A DNA stretch of 64,000 nt from Pseudogymnoascus verrucosus. Its lineage: Eukaryota. How positions within the stretch are numbered: position 1 is the stretch's first letter; every line of letters starts with the position of its first letter. This document shows, piece by piece, positions 13,717 through 25,462 of this stretch. Location: NCBI GenBank assembly GCA_001662655.1, contig KV460288.1. One strand, given 5' to 3'. Under the pieces are notes generated by a model. The model had not been told where the DNA came from and made no database searches. It saw only the letters and a list, made by a program, of their open reading frames with translations. The position numbers and the translations under genes are program-made.

Positions 13717-14011
13717 TTTTCGAACCGTGGAAAATTTATGTGGCATGTTGGTAAGGTATGTTTGAGGCGTGCATCCGTGGCATATGGGTGTGCTAGGGGA
13801 TATTTAGAGAGCCAGGGGTGTGCTAGATTAGTCTGTGGGGGTTGGTGAAGGGGATGAGGGTGAATTGTGATGTGGTGGAGCTTTTGATGATTGAGTAGTG
13901 CAATGTAGCGTCTTTGACTTGATAAGAAACGTTGATATTGTCGGGAGTTTGCGGGTTCTATATCTAATCACGGATTTGAGGTTAAGGGGACACTTTCCTA
14001 TTGCTGCGGTG

Positions 14012-15118
14012 CAGTGTTGCCCGAATACCGCTCTGAGTACTACTCGAGGATGCTCGAGTAGAGTACTCAAAATTGAAGCTCGAGTACTGGTATTCGAATA
14101 CCAGTACTCGAATACCTCGAGTAGTACTCGAGCTTTAAATAGATATTGATATAATACTGTTTTTTTTTACTATTCTAACTCTCATTATCTACATCGTCGC
14201 CGCTGTCTTCGTCGTCGCCTTGTGATAAAACACCCTAATTCCGTAGGCAGAGTAGATATCTAAGTGTAGAAGGTGATAATCGGTTCCATTTCTTTGTAAT
14301 AATATCACCACTAACACTAAATACTCGTTCCGAGTCCGCTGAGGTAGATAGAATAGCTACATAATCCTTCGCAATAGAACTAATTAATGGATATTAGTAT
14401 TACTTACTCTGCTAATACTTAAGAATAATTGCCAGAACGATTGGCTTTTAATAAGGCGTAATGGTAGGTTATTTGATACTATGAAAGAGAGAACAAGCTC
14501 TCTATATTTCAACGAACTTAGTGCGTTAATAGGTGCTTAGCGGGGCTAGAAGAAAGCAGAAGTAGAAGTAGAGGGCGTTGATGAGCTTCGAATTAAGGAT
14601 ATTTCATATTCTGCATGCACCGATGGGTGCTGCTTCTTAAGATGCTTCTATAGATTGCTCGTTGTCTGGTTCTTTAGTGGCTGGCTCTACGTATATCTAT
14701 AATTGATTTAACGGCATTAGTATTGAATTCTAGTAGGTACTATATCTAATAAAGTACAGTAGAATAGTCCTTTAGAAAAGAGGATTAAAGTAGAATTAGG
14801 TAATTGAAGCCGTAGAGGCATATGCGGCATCGAAATAAGGGGCATTAGAATAAGGGGCGGCAGCTCTAAAGTATCAGACTGATACTCAGCCGGCACCGGC
14901 GACAGCGAAGAGTCACTCATTACAGGAAGTAATACAGAAGCTTCAATTATTATCTATTCTACGATCTATATTACCCCTCTTTGCCAAGGGCGGCAGTATT
15001 CGAGTATTCGGAGAACTACTCGGCGAATACTCGAGTACTCGAAAATATCACCGAGTAGAGTAGTACTCGGGGTATTCGGCGAGTAGTACTCACGGCGAGT
15101 ACTACTCGGGCAACACTG
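14012..15118 (-). mobile_element. Non-autonomous, internally deleted, RIP-mutated hAT DNA transposon (1107 bp)
   Basis: 13-bp perfect TIR CAGTGTTGCCCGA and 8-bp TSD CTGCGGTG (14004-14011 and 15119-15126). GAGTA(G/C)TACTCG subterminal repeats. Minus-strand remnants of a BED finger (TTSNL*KHLKKQHP) and the hAT dimerisation domain (YPLISSIAKDYVAILSTSADSERVFS...NRLSPSTL). Confidence 0.92.
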
Positions 15119-15360
15119 CTGCGGTGAGCTGGAAGCTGAAAATTATTAGAGAAGGGAAGATATGGGATGGGGCTTAGTGCGTTCAGCTTGAAATAGGGGA
15201 TTATTTTTATATAATGAGTTGGAAGAAGTAATATGACGGCGATCATGAGGCTATATCCGTGTGCTAAATTAGTTCACTAACGGCGCTATGTTATTTACCT
15301 ACATGGCTCTAATTTTCGAATTAGTTCTAGTTGTTCAAACCTAGGCGTTAACATACCCCC

Positions 15361-16335
15361 CTAAACTACAATCTCCCCCTTCATAACCTGCACTGCCGAT
15401 CCTCCTAACACAACCCTCTTTACATCCCCCGTCCCCTTCTCAAGCTCAACCTCCGTCTTGATCTCGCTCGGTCTTCCCATATCAACGCCCTGTTTAATCT
15501 CAAACGAGGTGGTTATAGAGGTACTGTCAGACGCACTCTTTCCCCCCTCACTCAACACCTTCTTCGCCCAAAAAACCGAGAACGCCGACGCCGCGCTCCC
15601 TGTCGCCGGATCCTCCAACGCACCCAAATTCGTCACCATCCTCGCACTAATCTGCACCGTCCCGTCTTCTTTGCGGCCGTTGTTGACAAAATACCATGTC
15701 CCCAGCAGACCGCCAGTGAACCAGGGATGGTCCAGGTTGCCGCGGAGCTTGGTGGCGTCGACCGACCCGGAGACGGTTGACAGGACCTCATTTGAGGGGA
15801 GCTCCACCATGACGAAAGTGAGTTCCTTGACGATTGAGACGACCGATAATGGTCCGAGGATTTTTTTCGCTAGGGAAGCTGGAACTCCGGCCCCAGCGGC
15901 TTCCTCGGGGGACAGTTGATGGCTGTGGGCGTGGAAATCATGAGGGACCTCGATGAACGCCATGCCCCGCTCGGCATCAAACTTATACGGGATCGGACCC
16001 GCTTTGGTGATGATCTTTCTGCCGATTCCAGAGTCGGAGCTTGATGATTGATGGGCTGAAAGGATATGGGCTGCCCCTATCGTTGGGTGCCCAGCAAATG
16101 GTAACTCGGCATCGGTCATGAAGATATCAATTCTGTGCTCCGCAGCCCCTTGATCTTCCGACTCATGGATGAATATGGTCTCGGAATAGTTAAATTCCCG
16201 AGCGATAGTCTGCTTCTGGGCCTGCGTTAGAGTGTTTCCTGGTGGTATGCGAACAACACCTAGGGGATTGCCGGCGTAGCGGGAGGTGGTGAAGACATCC
16301 AGTGTCTCGTATTGGAGACGGGTTGGGGTGGACAT
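15361..16335 (-). CDS. PhzF/PhzC-family (DAP-epimerase fold) isomerase, intronless
   Basis: Motifs LDVFT...GNPLGVV, AREFNYSETIF, ELPFAGHPTIG, EDPATGSAA and QGVDMGRPS. First ATG at 16335. Confidence 0.92.
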   Translation of the reverse strand: MSTPTRLQYETLDVFTTSRYAGNPLGVVRIPPGNTLTQAQKQTIAREFNYSETIFIHESEDQGAAEHRIDIFMTDAELPFAGHPTIGAAHILSAHQSSSSDSGIGRKIITKAGPIPYKFDAERGMAFIEVPHDFHAHSHQLSPEEAAGAGVPASLAKKILGPLSVVSIVKELTFVMVELPSNEVLSTVSGSVDATKLRGNLDHPWFTGGLLGTWYFVNNGRKEDGTVQISARMVTNLGALEDPATGSAASAFSVFWAKKVLSEGGKSASDSTSITTSFEIKQGVDMGRPSEIKTEVELEKGTGDVKRVVLGGSAVQVMKGEIVV

Positions 16336-17028
16336 GATTAGTGTGCAGTTCACTGTCGATGATGATTGTTTCGGGGATGAAAAAGGAAGGCTTGTTAATA
16401 GAGATATTTATTTAGTTGAGTCCGTGACTCATCACTTTAATACCTCTCTTTTGGGTAACTGAGTAATTGCCAACTACAGTAACATCACGGGTTTTCGTTT
16501 GTAGTGGCCTTATCTAGCCAGAATCTTAAGGCCAGAATCATATCCATGGAGCGAGGTAATATATTGAGGCTACCGAGTGAGGCATGAATAGACCAGAAGA
16601 TAACTATTACTACTACTGCTACACCATCCGATATATGAAAATTCGAAGAGAAATGGTTTCCAAGACTGGATCAGGGAGAGAATATGAGAGGTGGCGTAAG
16701 GGCGTTCGTGGAGAAGAGAATACCCGAACACAAGGCGAGCAAGTTATAATCCGATGAATACGGAAGACTATATGCGATACAAACACATGGCACCAAACGT
16801 GTAATAAACTAACTGCCATAGCAGTTAGAATCTTTTGATATCTATCTCAAGCGCCTAATCCCCAATCTAAAGTCTATACCTATATAATGTTTCATGAAAT
16901 ATGTTAACCATACTAATTAGTGCGTTGTAAATGCCACTCTTAATGACAAAAAAAAAAAAGGCCATAACATAAGCAATAAAAAAAAGAAAAGTTTGTATGT
17001 TATAGAAACATATGTAATGACAGGTCGA

Positions 17029-20000
17029 CTATTCGGCCTTCTTAGTAGCTTTAGTCCTCAGCCTCATTAGAAGGTAAACCATGCTGTACGAGCTGATCGC
17101 GAAGATGACGACGATGGCAGCATCTCTCCAGCCGTAGTAGTAGTCCTTTAGGTTGATAGTGTAAAGGTAGTCGCTGCCCTGTCGGTACTGGCAGACTTTG
17201 CAGCCCGAGGTCGCGTCTGGGTTGACGAGGTTTGCTCCAGAACCCATTCCCTGGAGATAATCTGACAGGTATGATGCGCAGGTTGTTCCGTTTGGTGTAT
17301 CGAATATGGCGAATTCTCGCTCGGAACAATTGACCGTCTTATCGTAGATATCAAATACTAGCATGCTACCCATCAGATAGTTGAAAGGATTGAGGTAGTA
17401 TATCCAGTACCTCCAGAAGCTCTGGATCTGTGCGTATGGGACTAGGACTCCGCAGAAGGACACGAGGGTACCGATAATAACGGGGTTGCAGAGTGAGGCA
17501 AAAGTTGCGTTAGGTGCGTATGCAGCGATGAACTGACCAATACCGGTGTAGATGAACTCGTACATAAGCATGACGAACAAGGTCGCACCGGCTTTGTTAG
17601 AGTCGCTGGAGAAGCCGACGGTGTAGTACCAGCACACAAAGTAGAGTACGGCGCAAACGCAGAGATACGGGACCTCAGAGGTAACCAAGCCGGTAACAAA
17701 TGCAATCCACGAATACATCTTGGACTTCTTCTCTCGGGCCTCGTAGATGCTGCGTCGTTCGATGAAGAGCGGCTGGAGCTGGTTAATTACACCAGGCGCT
17801 ACAAAGATGAAATTGAAGATCGTGAACAACGCGAGCTGTAGATCGCTGACGCTGTCACCGATCATCCAGAATGAAAACCCATTGAACAATGCAGATCCGA
17901 TGTGCAATGCAAATTTGTTGTTCACATAGTCTGTATTGCGGTATAGAGACACGTTCATCCGTTGGCTAACGATCTTAGTCTGCTCCCATAGAGACATGGC
18001 GAATTCGTGGCCGTCGTCAATTGTACCAGGGGGTTTGGCTGCCGCGTCCTTAATGATATTGTCTAGCTCTTTAGTGACACGTTCATGTTCCGGTGACTCT
18101 AACCAGATCTTGTTCCAGTCCCTACCCTGAGACAAATGGCCAGATACAACGTCGATCATGTGTTCTGCTGGATTTGCCTCCAAGGGGCATGGGGCTCCAT
18201 AGCGTCCGAAGTACTCCTTGATAGTCTGTGCCTGGTACCCAATATCGCCAAAGTAAACAGACTTCCCCCCTTTAGCGAGAAGCAAGAGCGTATCGAACTG
18301 TGCAAACAACTGAGCTGAAGGTTGATGAATTGTCACTAGAACTGCTTGGCCGACATCTGCGAGCTTCCTCAGAAATCGGACAGTGTTGTATGCGGATTGG
18401 CCGTCCAAGCCAGATGTGGGCTCGTCTAAGAATATGAGGATACTGGGCTTTGAGACAAGTTCGACACCGATCGTGACACGTTTCCTCTGCTCTACAGATA
18501 GACCGGCACCAACCTGCCCAATGAGGGTGTCGGCAATGTCGTGCAGCTCTAGTAGGTCAATGATAATGTTGACGTACTTTAGCTTCTCCTCTCTTGGAGT
18601 ATCGCGAGACTGACGGAGAAGGGCGGAGAATTCCAAGGCTTCTCGGACGGTGGCAAACGGTTCATGTACATCGAGCTGTTCGCAGTATCCAGCGGACCTC
18701 TGGAACGAGATAGGGACATCACGTCCATCGACCAAAATAGACCCCTTAATCGTCCCGTCTGTTTTTCGTTGGGCTAGCACATCAAGCAGCGTCGTCTTAC
18801 CAGCACCAGAAGAGCCCATTAGAGCTCCGAGCATGCCAGGCTTGACCCACCCCTGAACATCATCTAGAAGAACGCGATCTCCAGAAGGTGTCTTGACCGT
18901 ATACGACAGGTTCTTCCAGGTGAAGACGGAAGTGTTGCGAATCAGTTCTTCATCGACATTATCATTCTCAACAACAGTTCCAGAAGAACTTCCGGCGGGT
19001 GTCTCTTTCCGAACCTGTGCTTCCTCGTCAACTTTAACAGCCTTAAACTCTTTCGTGGACTCTCGGGGAATCAGCAGAGATGGGCCACTGTCTGATGCGG
19101 CGCGCCATTTTGTTGTCGCAACAATGGTGATAACGACAAAAAAGAACCACCAAGCCCAAACGATTCCGAAGTTCCTCCACATAGTTGAATAGCTGTAGCT
19201 GAGAGAACCAAGATATTGATCGCCCGTAAGTGTAACCTGGCCTTGAACTGCACCCCCAACGCCCGCACATGACTGGTAAGCGGAGTCTGTGTATGTGGCA
19301 CCGTTGGGAACGAGATTTGGGCCAATACACGGGATTGTTTTGCCATGAAATTCATTAGACAGTAAAGCTGAGAAACCGTAGGCCAGGGGGTCAATCCAAT
19401 ATATCCACACAAACCATGGATGCATCTCCGGTTTTGTGATCATGTATCCTGTGTACATGATCAACGCAGATACAAGGAAGCCTGAAACTTTAGAGGCTCC
19501 GTCAAACGTGGAGAAGGCGGCACCAATCCCTCGGAACATGGCGGTCATACACATGGTTGTCGCTACCACGATAATCCAAAATGTGAAGAAAGCCGAAGCG
19601 GTGGCTGTTAGGCCCACCATGAAATAGAGGACGATCGAGAAAATGCTGACTTGGAACAGAATGACTGGAATATCTGCTGCGATCTGTGCAATGCAGAATG
19701 CTGCTGGGTGGAAATATGCGAATTGTTTATGCTTGATCAGAACGGGCCGTCCGCTGAAAGAGTCGGTCACTTCTGACATGGCCATCAAACTGTTGTAGAG
19801 CAACGCAAAGAAGAGGGCGCCGGATTTGATGAAGAGACCACCGGAGTTGTTCGGTGCGTTGTAAAACAGCGAACCGGAAATCAAGGCCTGCACGAGAGTG
19901 GAAATTTGCTTGATGAGAAAAGTGGCCTTATCTCCCCATATGATCTGATATTGCCGGGTGATACAAGCTGTAACCTGTTGTGGAAAGCTTGTTGTGAAAG

Positions 20001-21282
20001 AACTCGAGGCTGGAAGGCGCTTGTGTTTCTCCTCTGCCACTGCTTGTTTAAACTCCTCCGTCCACGCCTTGGCTTGTGCAGTGTTTGGATAGTCGGACTC
20101 TGCCGCCATCCGCTCCCGTATTTGTGATTTCTCATACTCAGCGAGAAGCACGGTAGCATTCCTCGGGAAGCTATTCTCGTAGCCATCTCGTATTTCTCGC
20201 TCTGTTGGCACCGTGACTCCTGTAAGATAGTCGGCTACATTGGCCCCGTTTCCGCAGATGAATCCAAGATCCTCCATGAATGGCTGGGCGTCTTTTGTTG
20301 GGCCGTAGTATATCTGTTTTCCGCCATCGAGCACAAGGGCTTTATCGAAGAGATTGTAGATTCCGTTACCAGCTTGGTATAACGTGACAATGGAGGCAAT
20401 TCCAAGAGTATCAGTCAACGCCCGCACTGCCTTTGTGTAATCGAGAGCTGAACTTGCATCCAAACCACGCGTGCTATTGTCCCAACAGAAGACGGAGGCG
20501 TTTGTCGCGAGAGTTTCGATGATCGATACACGCTTCCTCTCACCTCCAGACACTCCGCGAACGAATTCGTTTCCGACCTTAGTGTCATTTGTGTGCTCGA
20601 TGCCCATAGACTCAAGAAGGAACTGCTTCCTCTCTTTTTGGGATTGTTGCGAAGAGTCGACTCCATTGGGAAGCTTGAAAGGGACCTTAAGCCGAGTAGC
20701 GAAGTCCATGGTCTGGCCGACAGTCAAAGTCGGGAAAAAAAGCTCTTCTTCAGTGTTCATCACGATCTGGCCACGATATTGCTCTGCCTCCTTAGCATTC
20801 ATGGAGCCATACTGCACATTGCCCGTGCAGGAAGAGTATCCAGCACGTCTATTAGCAAGCATCTTCAGCAGGGTGGTACATCCAGACCCGGGACGGCCCA
20901 GGACCAAAAGCATCTCTCCGGGCTTCACACAGCCATGGCTGTTATCCAGAATCGTCTTCAATGCCGGTTTATGTCGAGATTCCTTGATCTTTTCCAAGAT
21001 ATTAAACTGGGAGAAAACATTTTCGCTGACAGCCGCATCCGCACTGACAACCTCAACTGATAGATTTTGCCATGTCACACCCAACTGTCGACCTTTAAAG
21101 CCGGACTCAACATCACGCCGATGTAACTCCTCTACTCTCCCAGACAGCTTCCAGTCGTTTGTTTTGATGCTTCCGGCTTTCTCATTAGCCCCGGTTGGCT
21201 CTAAGAGTGTAACGACACTTTGAGTCTCGGATTTGTTTACCGCCTCGCTTGGCGACTTGATATCTGAGGCTGGGGTTCCCAT
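17029..21282 (-). CDS. Full-size PDR-type (ABCG) multidrug ABC transporter, AtrB/Snq2-like, intronless
   Basis: NBD-TMD-NBD-TMD topology. NBD1 has the degenerate Walker [10 protein letters not shown] and signature [14 protein letters not shown]2 has GSSGAGKTT and [14 protein letters not shown] motif NEFHG...C. First ATG at 21282. Confidence 0.96.
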   Translation of the reverse strand: MGTPASDIKSPSEAVNKSETQSVVTLLEPTGANEKAGSIKTNDWKLSGRVEELHRRDVESGFKGRQLGVTWQNLSVEVVSADAAVSENVFSQFNILEKIKESRHKPALKTILDNSHGCVKPGEMLLVLGRPGSGCTTLLKMLANRRAGYSSCTGNVQYGSMNAKEAEQYRGQIVMNTEEELFFPTLTVGQTMDFATRLKVPFKLPNGVDSSQQSQKERKQFLLESMGIEHTNDTKVGNEFVRGVSGGERKRVSIIETLATNASVFCWDNSTRGLDASSALDYTKAVRALTDTLGIASIVTLYQAGNGIYNLFDKALVLDGGKQIYYGPTKDAQPFMEDLGFICGNGANVADYLTGVTVPTEREIRDGYENSFPRNATVLLAEYEKSQIRERMAAESDYPNTAQAKAWTEEFKQAVAEEKHKRLPASSSFTTSFPQQVTACITRQYQIIWGDKATFLIKQISTLVQALISGSLFYNAPNNSGGLFIKSGALFFALLYNSLMAMSEVTDSFSGRPVLIKHKQFAYFHPAAFCIAQIAADIPVILFQVSIFSIVLYFMVGLTATASAFFTFWIIVVATTMCMTAMFRGIGAAFSTFDGASKVSGFLVSALIMYTGYMITKPEMHPWFVWIYWIDPLAYGFSALLSNEFHGKTIPCIGPNLVPNGATYTDSAYQSCAGVGGAVQGQVTLTGDQYLGSLSYSYSTMWRNFGIVWAWWFFFVVITIVATTKWRAASDSGPSLLIPRESTKEFKAVKVDEEAQVRKETPAGSSSGTVVENDNVDEELIRNTSVFTWKNLSYTVKTPSGDRVLLDDVQGWVKPGMLGALMGSSGAGKTTLLDVLAQRKTDGTIKGSILVDGRDVPISFQRSAGYCEQLDVHEPFATVREALEFSALLRQSRDTPREEKLKYVNIIIDLLELHDIADTLIGQVGAGLSVEQRKRVTIGVELVSKPSILIFLDEPTSGLDGQSAYNTVRFLRKLADVGQAVLVTIHQPSAQLFAQFDTLLLLAKGGKSVYFGDIGYQAQTIKEYFGRYGAPCPLEANPAEHMIDVVSGHLSQGRDWNKIWLESPEHERVTKELDNIIKDAAAKPPGTIDDGHEFAMSLWEQTKIVSQRMNVSLYRNTDYVNNKFALHIGSALFNGFSFWMIGDSVSDLQLALFTIFNFIFVAPGVINQLQPLFIERRSIYEAREKKSKMYSWIAFVTGLVTSEVPYLCVCAVLYFVCWYYTVGFSSDSNKAGATLFVMLMYEFIYTGIGQFIAAYAPNATFASLCNPVIIGTLVSFCGVLVPYAQIQSFWRYWIYYLNPFNYLMGSMLVFDIYDKTVNCSEREFAIFDTPNGTTCASYLSDYLQGMGSGANLVNPDATSGCKVCQYRQGSDYLYTINLKDYYYGWRDAAIVVIFAISSYSMVYLLMRLRTKATKKAE

Positions 21283-21495
21283 GGTCGAAGCAGGAGTACA
21301 GCACAACGTAGAATCAAACCAAGTAAAAATCCGGAGGGGGCGGTCGTCTATCCATTTATATCTCTAGCTGGCGGCTGAGCCGGGCAGCCTACAAATTTAT
21401 AATATAGATCAACCAGTGTTGAGGAGTCTGACAGTGCCAATCTCAGTGGAGCTGACTCCAGGGTGTCTTCCTTCTTGCCTACATTTTTTCTCCAC

Positions 21496-21575
21496 AGGAA
21501 AACGGGGCCGGAACTTATAGACAACGCCGTGTCGATAAGTTCCGCGATATCTATAAGTTCCGGGCCCGTTTTCCT
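21496..21575. promoter_or_regulatory. 26-bp inverted repeat containing three CGGAACTTAT motifs; candidate Zn2Cys6 binding array upstream of the ABC transporter
   Basis: AGGAAAACGGGGCCGGAACTTATAGA (21496-21521) pairs with TCTATAAGTTCCGGGCCCGTTTTCCT (21550-21575) with 1 mismatch. A third copy, ATAAGTTCCG, lies at 21535-21544. Confidence 0.65.
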
Positions 21576-21698
21576 ATGAGTAACAATGGATATCTCACTC
21601 CATACTTTCCTAAATTAGATACCACCTTCAAAACGGGAATCTCAGGGCCAATATCAAACCAATGGAAGCCGATCCAACGGAGGCGATAATCCTTGGTT

Positions 21699-21794
21699 CC
21701 GCTTAGTCATCGGTTTCGGGGATCTTAGGTATGCCCGAATCTCTCCCGAATGCCCGCTTAGTCAAGTCTGGCAAGGCCATGGCTTACTAAGCGG
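21699..21794. promoter_or_regulatory. Three CCGCTTAGT(C/A)A elements; Yap1/AP-1 response element-like, each fused to a CCG triplet
   Basis: CCGCTTAGTCA at 21699-21709 and 21754-21764, and TTACTAAGCGG at 21784-21794. TTAGTCA and TTACTAA are established YRE sequences. Confidence 0.55.
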
Positions 21795-22026
21795 AGATCG
21801 AGGAGCCGCTAACTTTTAAGGCATTTTTGGGGGGTGGACGCCCAAGGGCCCGCCACCTTGGCAACGGCACCGAGGACCCCGAGGCCCCGGCGTGAGGTTG
21901 TAGGGGCATGCACCCATGACAAAATGTCGTCAAGCAACAGCAAGCCTCAGGGGGATTTTCTGCGAGCCACTCACGGGCATTTGATATAGGAGTCCCTGCC
22001 GTTGAATTATGAATTGTGTTGGTTTT

Positions 22027-22301
22027 GTTAAGGAGGAGCGGTTTGGTGACTTGCGACTATCCACGCTAATCGTCGTATCCAACTTCTCGCTCTGCTCAAG
22101 GTTGGATACGACGATTACTCCGTAACGAGTAAACTCGACCCGTACAGTAGGAATTGGTAGCACTAGCACCTTCAGTGCTGGCGACTATGCAAATTGGTGC
22201 TTCGATATCGTTACAGCCTCGTAAAGCCAGCCAATCGCGAAATTCGCCATTTTATATCCAATCAATTTATGGAGGTTAGCTATAATGTCATATAGTTAAG
22301 A
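22027..22301 (+). repeat. Copy A of a dispersed, structured non-coding element (putative ncRNA or non-autonomous element)
   Basis: Core 22125-22301 aligns with 33541-33724 (about 85% identity by hand count). Perfect 17-bp hairpin at 22067-22083/22101-22117. Confidence 0.75.
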
Positions 22302-22522
22302 CAAAATCAGGTCGCTAAAACGGCACAAGTCAATTATCGTAGTCATACGTACGGCTAGAATATTGTTGTTTCGGACTGTCTAACTGGACAGAAATACCAG
22401 TCAAAGTTCTAAAAGATGCCTTACCTGTATATTTCCATTTTGAGGCTAGAAAGCCATAGTTTATACTAACTATCAAAATCTGATGACGCGTTGGGTTCTA
22501 TAACCTGTATACCATTACACAC

Positions 22523-25004
22523 CTAATTATTATGATCGAGATTCTCCTGTTTAGCTTTGCTAATAGCGCACTTTCCCAGCCTTCTTAACTCCGCAATGAA
22601 CTCATCTACAAGATTAATATGGAAGAGCTCATCCATGGTGGGTTGACGGATAGGCATTCCCTTAATCAAATCAGGTGCCTTGCTGATCAACTCTAAATCT
22701 TGAGCTGCCTGCGGGTCTAGAGGGTTTAGAAGGATATTGCAAAATATTGTCAATAGAGCCGACATTGGATAGAAAAGAATCATCCTAGGTAGGTTTTAGC
22801 GACTGTAACAACAGTAAAGGTCTATCAGAAGTTGAGAATGGATGCTTGAAACAACGTACCAGAAACAATCATCTTCGAGAACATGCTGCGCCGTATGTAG
22901 GTATAAAATCGATGATCGACTCGCTTCTACTGCTAATTCGAGACTTGAACTCACTCCTTCCATGACACTACTCTGACCATCAGCCCAGGCCTTGCATCGA
23001 CCGCTAGCTTCATGTATTATAGCCACGCAGTGATGGTAGGCCAGCCGCGATACCACAACTTGCATGTCCATCTCACTATCGGCCGGTGTGTCGTGTGAAA
23101 ATGATATAGTAGGCCTAAACCCCAGAGGTAATGATATTCTCCATCTCTCTAGGTCGTTGTCGAGTTCTCGTATGTCTCTTAAAAGTTCGGCATCGGATTT
23201 TTGTAGAGCTCGGGCTGAATAGAGAGAGTTGTACGCTCTTGATTTGATCATGGTCAAACGCAGATCGCCCGGGAATAAGGGGATATCACGAGAGGAAGAG
23301 TTGGAATATTGATTTGCGTATAGTCGATCTAAATAACCTGGAGGAAGGGTAAGGTCGCAGTGTTCGTCGTTCATCGATGGAGGCTGTCCAGTTCGCAGAG
23401 ATAGTTCCTTGTCAAACGTATAACAAAGCCAAAACAAATTCCGACGATGATTTTTGGTTCGGGATACAATTTCAGCGGAAGACGACGTTTGACTAGCAAT
23501 AGTTGGATCATGTAAAGTATGAGCACCCAGCATGAAGGCAAAACGAGCAGCTATCGAATTCATGACGGCTGCAGATTGCTGATTGCCACCAAAGAGTTGG
23601 TATATTGACTAGACACCAAAGGTTAGTCACAGGTGAGAGATAAAAGCAAAATATCTTAAACATTACTAAAAATCCCATGACGAAGAACAGAGTTTGCTTA
23701 GTAAGAGTGGTGTTATCTTCAGAGAGCAAGGACATCATCGGACAGAGAAAAACATGAGAATATGAAAGCAAGGTTACTAACTAGCATTATAGCTGTTTGC
23801 AGCAAGTCTGTTGTTATGTCTTGAAGAGCCGGGGCGGCTAAGCTTTGAGCCTTCCAAGCATATGCCTCGCTGTCTAGCGGTAGCCCTGTGCTACTTCCAC
23901 CACTATGAACGTTGAATATGGATACAAAGGCGAGAAATGCATAGATGCATGCCTTTGCGCTGGCATTCCCGGTAGGCTGCAAACTTCCTTGCTGGTAGGC
24001 AAGATTTATTGTATCTTTAAACAAGACTTTATCGATAGTAGGGAACACAAGGGACAAAATGTGTGAGCTGTATTCCAGGGCTAATTCTTCAACGATCTCT
24101 CTGTCAGGAAGGTGGACGCTGTCCTGCAGGAATTGCATGTCCCTAGGGACCGAGTTCATATGAAGGCTGCGCTGGTTCTGCCACGGTGGTCCAAATGCGT
24201 AGAATTTCTCTAACGCAACTGTCTGGCCTGTGCGTGATTTGATCCATTGCTGGCCCTCCGGCAAGAACAAGGGGATGCTATTGTACGAACTGATCTCTCT
24301 AAGCTTGAATCCAGCAAAATGCAGGTTTCCTAAAGATGAAGAGAATCTTGGCGTAATTCTTGTGCCAATTTTTGTAATGGCAGAGGGGCTTTTGTTGGTA
24401 TCGCGTCCTATAAACAAGTTAATTGCTGGCAAAGGAGAAAGATGGCGAGAACTTGAATTTTTTACTCCTCTCTTCCTTCCTTGGGAACAAAATTTGCAGA
24501 TAAAGAGTGGGCACGAATATAATTTTTAGAAAGAGAAAGAACAAGTATTAAAAAGTTATACGTACTAGATTCTTCAGACCCTAACTTTTGACTGAGGAGA
24601 TTCTCAATCCTTTCGATGCGTTCGGCCAACTCTGTGTCCCTACTATATCCACTAATTTAATATTTAGCAACACTGACTAGCAAAATCTAGATATAATGGA
24701 AGGGGAGGGCCATACTCTCGAATCTTTTTCTTCCGGTTTGCTGGAGGAATTCTGTCGAAAGTGCATTGAAGATTGTGATGCTTGCACCAGTTGCATTGCA
24801 GGGCGTTGGTGTCACATTTTATCTAAGGTACGTGGTTATTATTTGTAAATCTTCAGACCTTAATTACAAAAGGATATCCGCAAATCCTAGTACCTTTCTT
24901 TTATAACAAGAATCACACGCCTTTGCCTTAGCAGTGCGTTTACGACTCCGGCCTTCCGGCGTCTCGTCCTCGGAATTTGGAGTGGATGTCACTGGCGTGT
25001 CCAT
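22523..25004 (-). CDS. Zn2Cys6 transcription factor with a fungal-specific TF middle homology region; about 6 introns, internal boundaries approximate
   Basis: ATG at 25004. Spliced ACDSCYKRK|IKCDTNALQCNWCKHHNLQC zinc cluster (intron 24823-24893). RRNLFWLCYTFDKELSLRTGQPP Fungal_trans motif. Confidence 0.9.
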
Positions 25005-25462
25005 ACTAACTCAGTAGCATTGAACCTAGCAGATTAAAAAAGCACTACTGGTTTTGTTAATCGGCAGGCGCACCACAAAGAGATATGGTGATAAATCAGT
25101 GGAGTTAGGATCTCAAGGGTCTACAAAGTATATTTCGCTAACAAATCGGACCCAGTTATTTTTCAAACTGGCTTCGTCATATCACAAATCCCAAAATATC
25201 ACGTGAGCTTGATTAGGGGGTCACAGCTTTTTATTCGAAGCAGGAATATTTTGATCAGAGCTCATATAATTCATAGAATATGTCGACCTAGGTTTAACAA
25301 TGCACCCTCACAAAACGCCACCAAAAACAAGCGCGTGGAAGTAAGAAATATATTCCAAGAGTACCTGAGGCTTGACACCGTGTTTGGGCTACTACTAATG
25401 GAGATACTGAGTTTCCTGCCATAAAGGTCCTAGACAAGTCACCTAGCAGGTAGGACAGGCTC

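Noticed and set aside
15361..16335. Phenazine biosynthetic gene cluster
   Set aside because: Only PhzF is present; there are no PhzA/B, D, E or G homologues.
22185..22300. Group I intron P/Q/R/S-like words in the repeated element
   Set aside because: The matches are weak, and the R-S spacing leaves no room for P3/P8.
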